A stretch of DNA of 64,000 nt from positions 2,480,001 to 2,544,000 of the forward strand of contig NC_045713.1 in the NCBI RefSeq assembly GCF_009834535.1, given 5' to 3'. A model generated the notes under the pieces. It was given only the letters and a program-made list of their open reading frames with translations, was not told where the DNA came from and made no database searches. A program made the translations under genes and the position numbers. This document shows, piece by piece, positions 61,896 to 64,000 of the stretch (the first letter of the stretch is position 1; every line of letters begins with the position of its first letter). The DNA is from Camelus ferus (taxonomy: Eukaryota).

Positions 61896-63147
61896 CAAGC
61901 CAGTGAACGGGTAGACAGGATGACCAGAGGCGATGACTATTTGGACGTACCCTGGGAGGGAATTAAAAGCCTCCGGTGAGTGGTCAGACTAAACGTGCTT
62001 TACAGTCTCTTTTTAATGCTAAAAATGTCTGCTTTTCACTATCATAAATCCTACTCATACTTCGAGGGAACCTCAAACATTAGACCTTCCAATTTACCAA
62101 AAGGCTTCCTATGAGTCCTCCATCCCTTTTTTAAAATAACTTCTAGTACACTTGCCGTATCCTAACTAATCCTAAAGACCCTGTGATTTGTCTTAATCCC
62201 TCCACTTGAGGAACTGAGAATCCATTTGAGGACATGTCACAGTCACCTGTGTACCCCTCTCAGCACAGCCCAACCCATGACCAGTGCTTGGCATGACTCT
62301 GTGCTATATACGGGTAAACGGGTAACATTTACTTGACATTTCACTGTGCTGTGTTTCACTAAGTCTTTTTTTTCAGTTAGGCAAGTGTGTTTGCACGCAT
62401 CAAGCGTCATATAATATATAATAGATGGGATTCTAGCATAAGAAGACGCACAAGTAATTTTGATTACACTGACATTCTGTTGTATCAAATAGGGATTTGA
62501 ATCGGGGAGGCAGTAGTCACAGCACACTAGATCCTAGTTCCAAAGGGATTCTGTTGCAGCCCTTCTCTTGAATGTGACCTGTGTGTGCTGTAATGAATTT
62601 TTAAACTATCTTCCTTCAGGCTGCCAATTACAGTCAATTTTCACTCATCTAAAAGTCATAAACAGTAAATTAAGTTGAACATTACTCATTTAATACTTTC
62701 CTGGGGGCTTTCTATTTTTTCCCTCCCCAAATTTAAGGAGACCCTATTATATCTGTAAGTATGAATTCACAAGCCATTTACTCAGAAGAGGACAAGAAAA
62801 CTTAACTTTGTTTTTCTAAACTGAACTCAACTGCTACCCCACACCCCCAGCCGAAAACATAGCCTCGTCAATACATAGCGAACTTGGTGAATTTCAGGTT
62901 CATTGTTTCTGCCTCCAGCCTGGTTCCTGACCATGGCATTGAAGTCCGGGCCCTCCATTCTCATTAGATTTGTGAAGCCACCTTTTGGGATGATGCATTT
63001 TTGTCAAATCCTCAGGTGTGGTCACCCCTCCATGCTGACACCTGTTGAGGGGTCCCCATCACCCTCTGGTCTCAGACGTGGCCCGGTATCAGTCAGGACT
63101 GTGTCCCAATGCAAAGACTTGTTGTCCCGACGTATGGCAAGTTAAAT

Positions 63148-63318
63148 GAGTGCTTCTCAAAGTTCGATCCCCAGACCAGCTGCCTCAGCCTCACCTGGGC
63201 CCTTGTTAGGAATACAGATCCTCGGGCCCCACTCCAGGCTACTGAATCAGATCAAGAATCCGCACTCTAATAGGCCTTCCAGGTGATTCCAATGCGTGCC
63301 CAAGCTCGGGAGCCACTC
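63148..63318. mobile_element. MER5A-like MITE
   Basis: GTGCTTCTCAAAGT...CAGATCCTCGGGCCCCAC...CCAGGTGATTCCAATGC. Confidence 0.8.
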
Positions 63319-64000
63319 CAAGGGGGTTTATTTTCTTTACACAACACGAGGTCTGGAGGTTAGTGGCTGTTGCTTAGTGACACCACGGCCACCCCCAGCT
63401 GCAGTGAAAGCTGAGGAAACACTGCTGACCCTCTAGGCTCTTGTAGTGGATGGTGGCAGGGGAAATGGAGATGAAAACTGCTTCTGGGTCAGCCAACCAT
63501 CAGTATCTGTCCCAGAGCCACTGTGCCTTGCATGGCAGTGTCCCTTTTGTGCAGTGATGAACCTTCAGATCCACTGAGAGCCCTCCCTCAGCTACCTGCC
63601 ACCTGGCCCTGGAGCCCGGCAGCTTCCGCTGCTCTCACCTTGCGGGTTCAGGGCCATCTCATCCCCTAGCCCAGACTCTCCTTGCAGTAATTTCCAAACC
63701 ATGCCGTGGACAGCTCCCGCAAAGCAGCCATGGCCTCCAGGCTCAGGTGCTCACTCATGGGGAAGTTGTCACCCACCTCCCTTTGGCAATGGGGCGGAAG
63801 GAGGGTTGTGGAGAGGCAGGGTACAGCACTGGCAAACACCTTGCTGCCTTAAAACCGTCCCAATCCCACCGCAGTGAGAGTACCCTCTTTCAAAATCTCA
63901 CCTTAAATAGAAAATGACAAATACTGATACAAAAATGTATTCTCCAAAATCTCCAGGATTGCATCTTGAAAGCCGAGCATTTTGAAGCTCTTTTCCTCTG

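Noticed and set aside
63700-63720. REST-like GGACAGCTCC
   Set aside because: Only the right half-site matches.

Overview
This is mammalian genomic DNA, most likely from a camelid (it carries a Vic-1-type tRNA-derived SINE and cetartiodactyl-style L1 3' ends). I recognise no protein-coding gene, rRNA, tRNA gene or CRISPR array. The supplied ORFs are mostly short, many start at TTG/GTG, and many lie in repeats or cross N blocks. Much of the window is decayed interspersed repeat: L1, L2, L3/CR1, MIR, MaLR/ERVL/ERV LTRs and hAT MERs. Family names come from my recall of consensus sequences and need RepeatMasker/Dfam confirmation; most repeat boundaries are approximate. There are nine N blocks. The most interesting unexplained signal is a set of minus-strand splice units in unique sequence (16594-16491, 14547-14448, 3060-3000, and a possible last exon from 2460 with AATAAA at 1313-1308). 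They lie just antisense-downstream of an L1 reduced to its 5'UTR plus ORF1, and three of them join in frame into a 92-codon ORF. This lncRNA/microprotein model is a hypothesis, not an annotation. Other points are motif-dense putative enhancers (3.8-4.7 kb, 41.5-42.1 kb), a target site apparently used by both an L1 and a SINE, and a two-ended hAT relic retaining transposase C-terminal residues.
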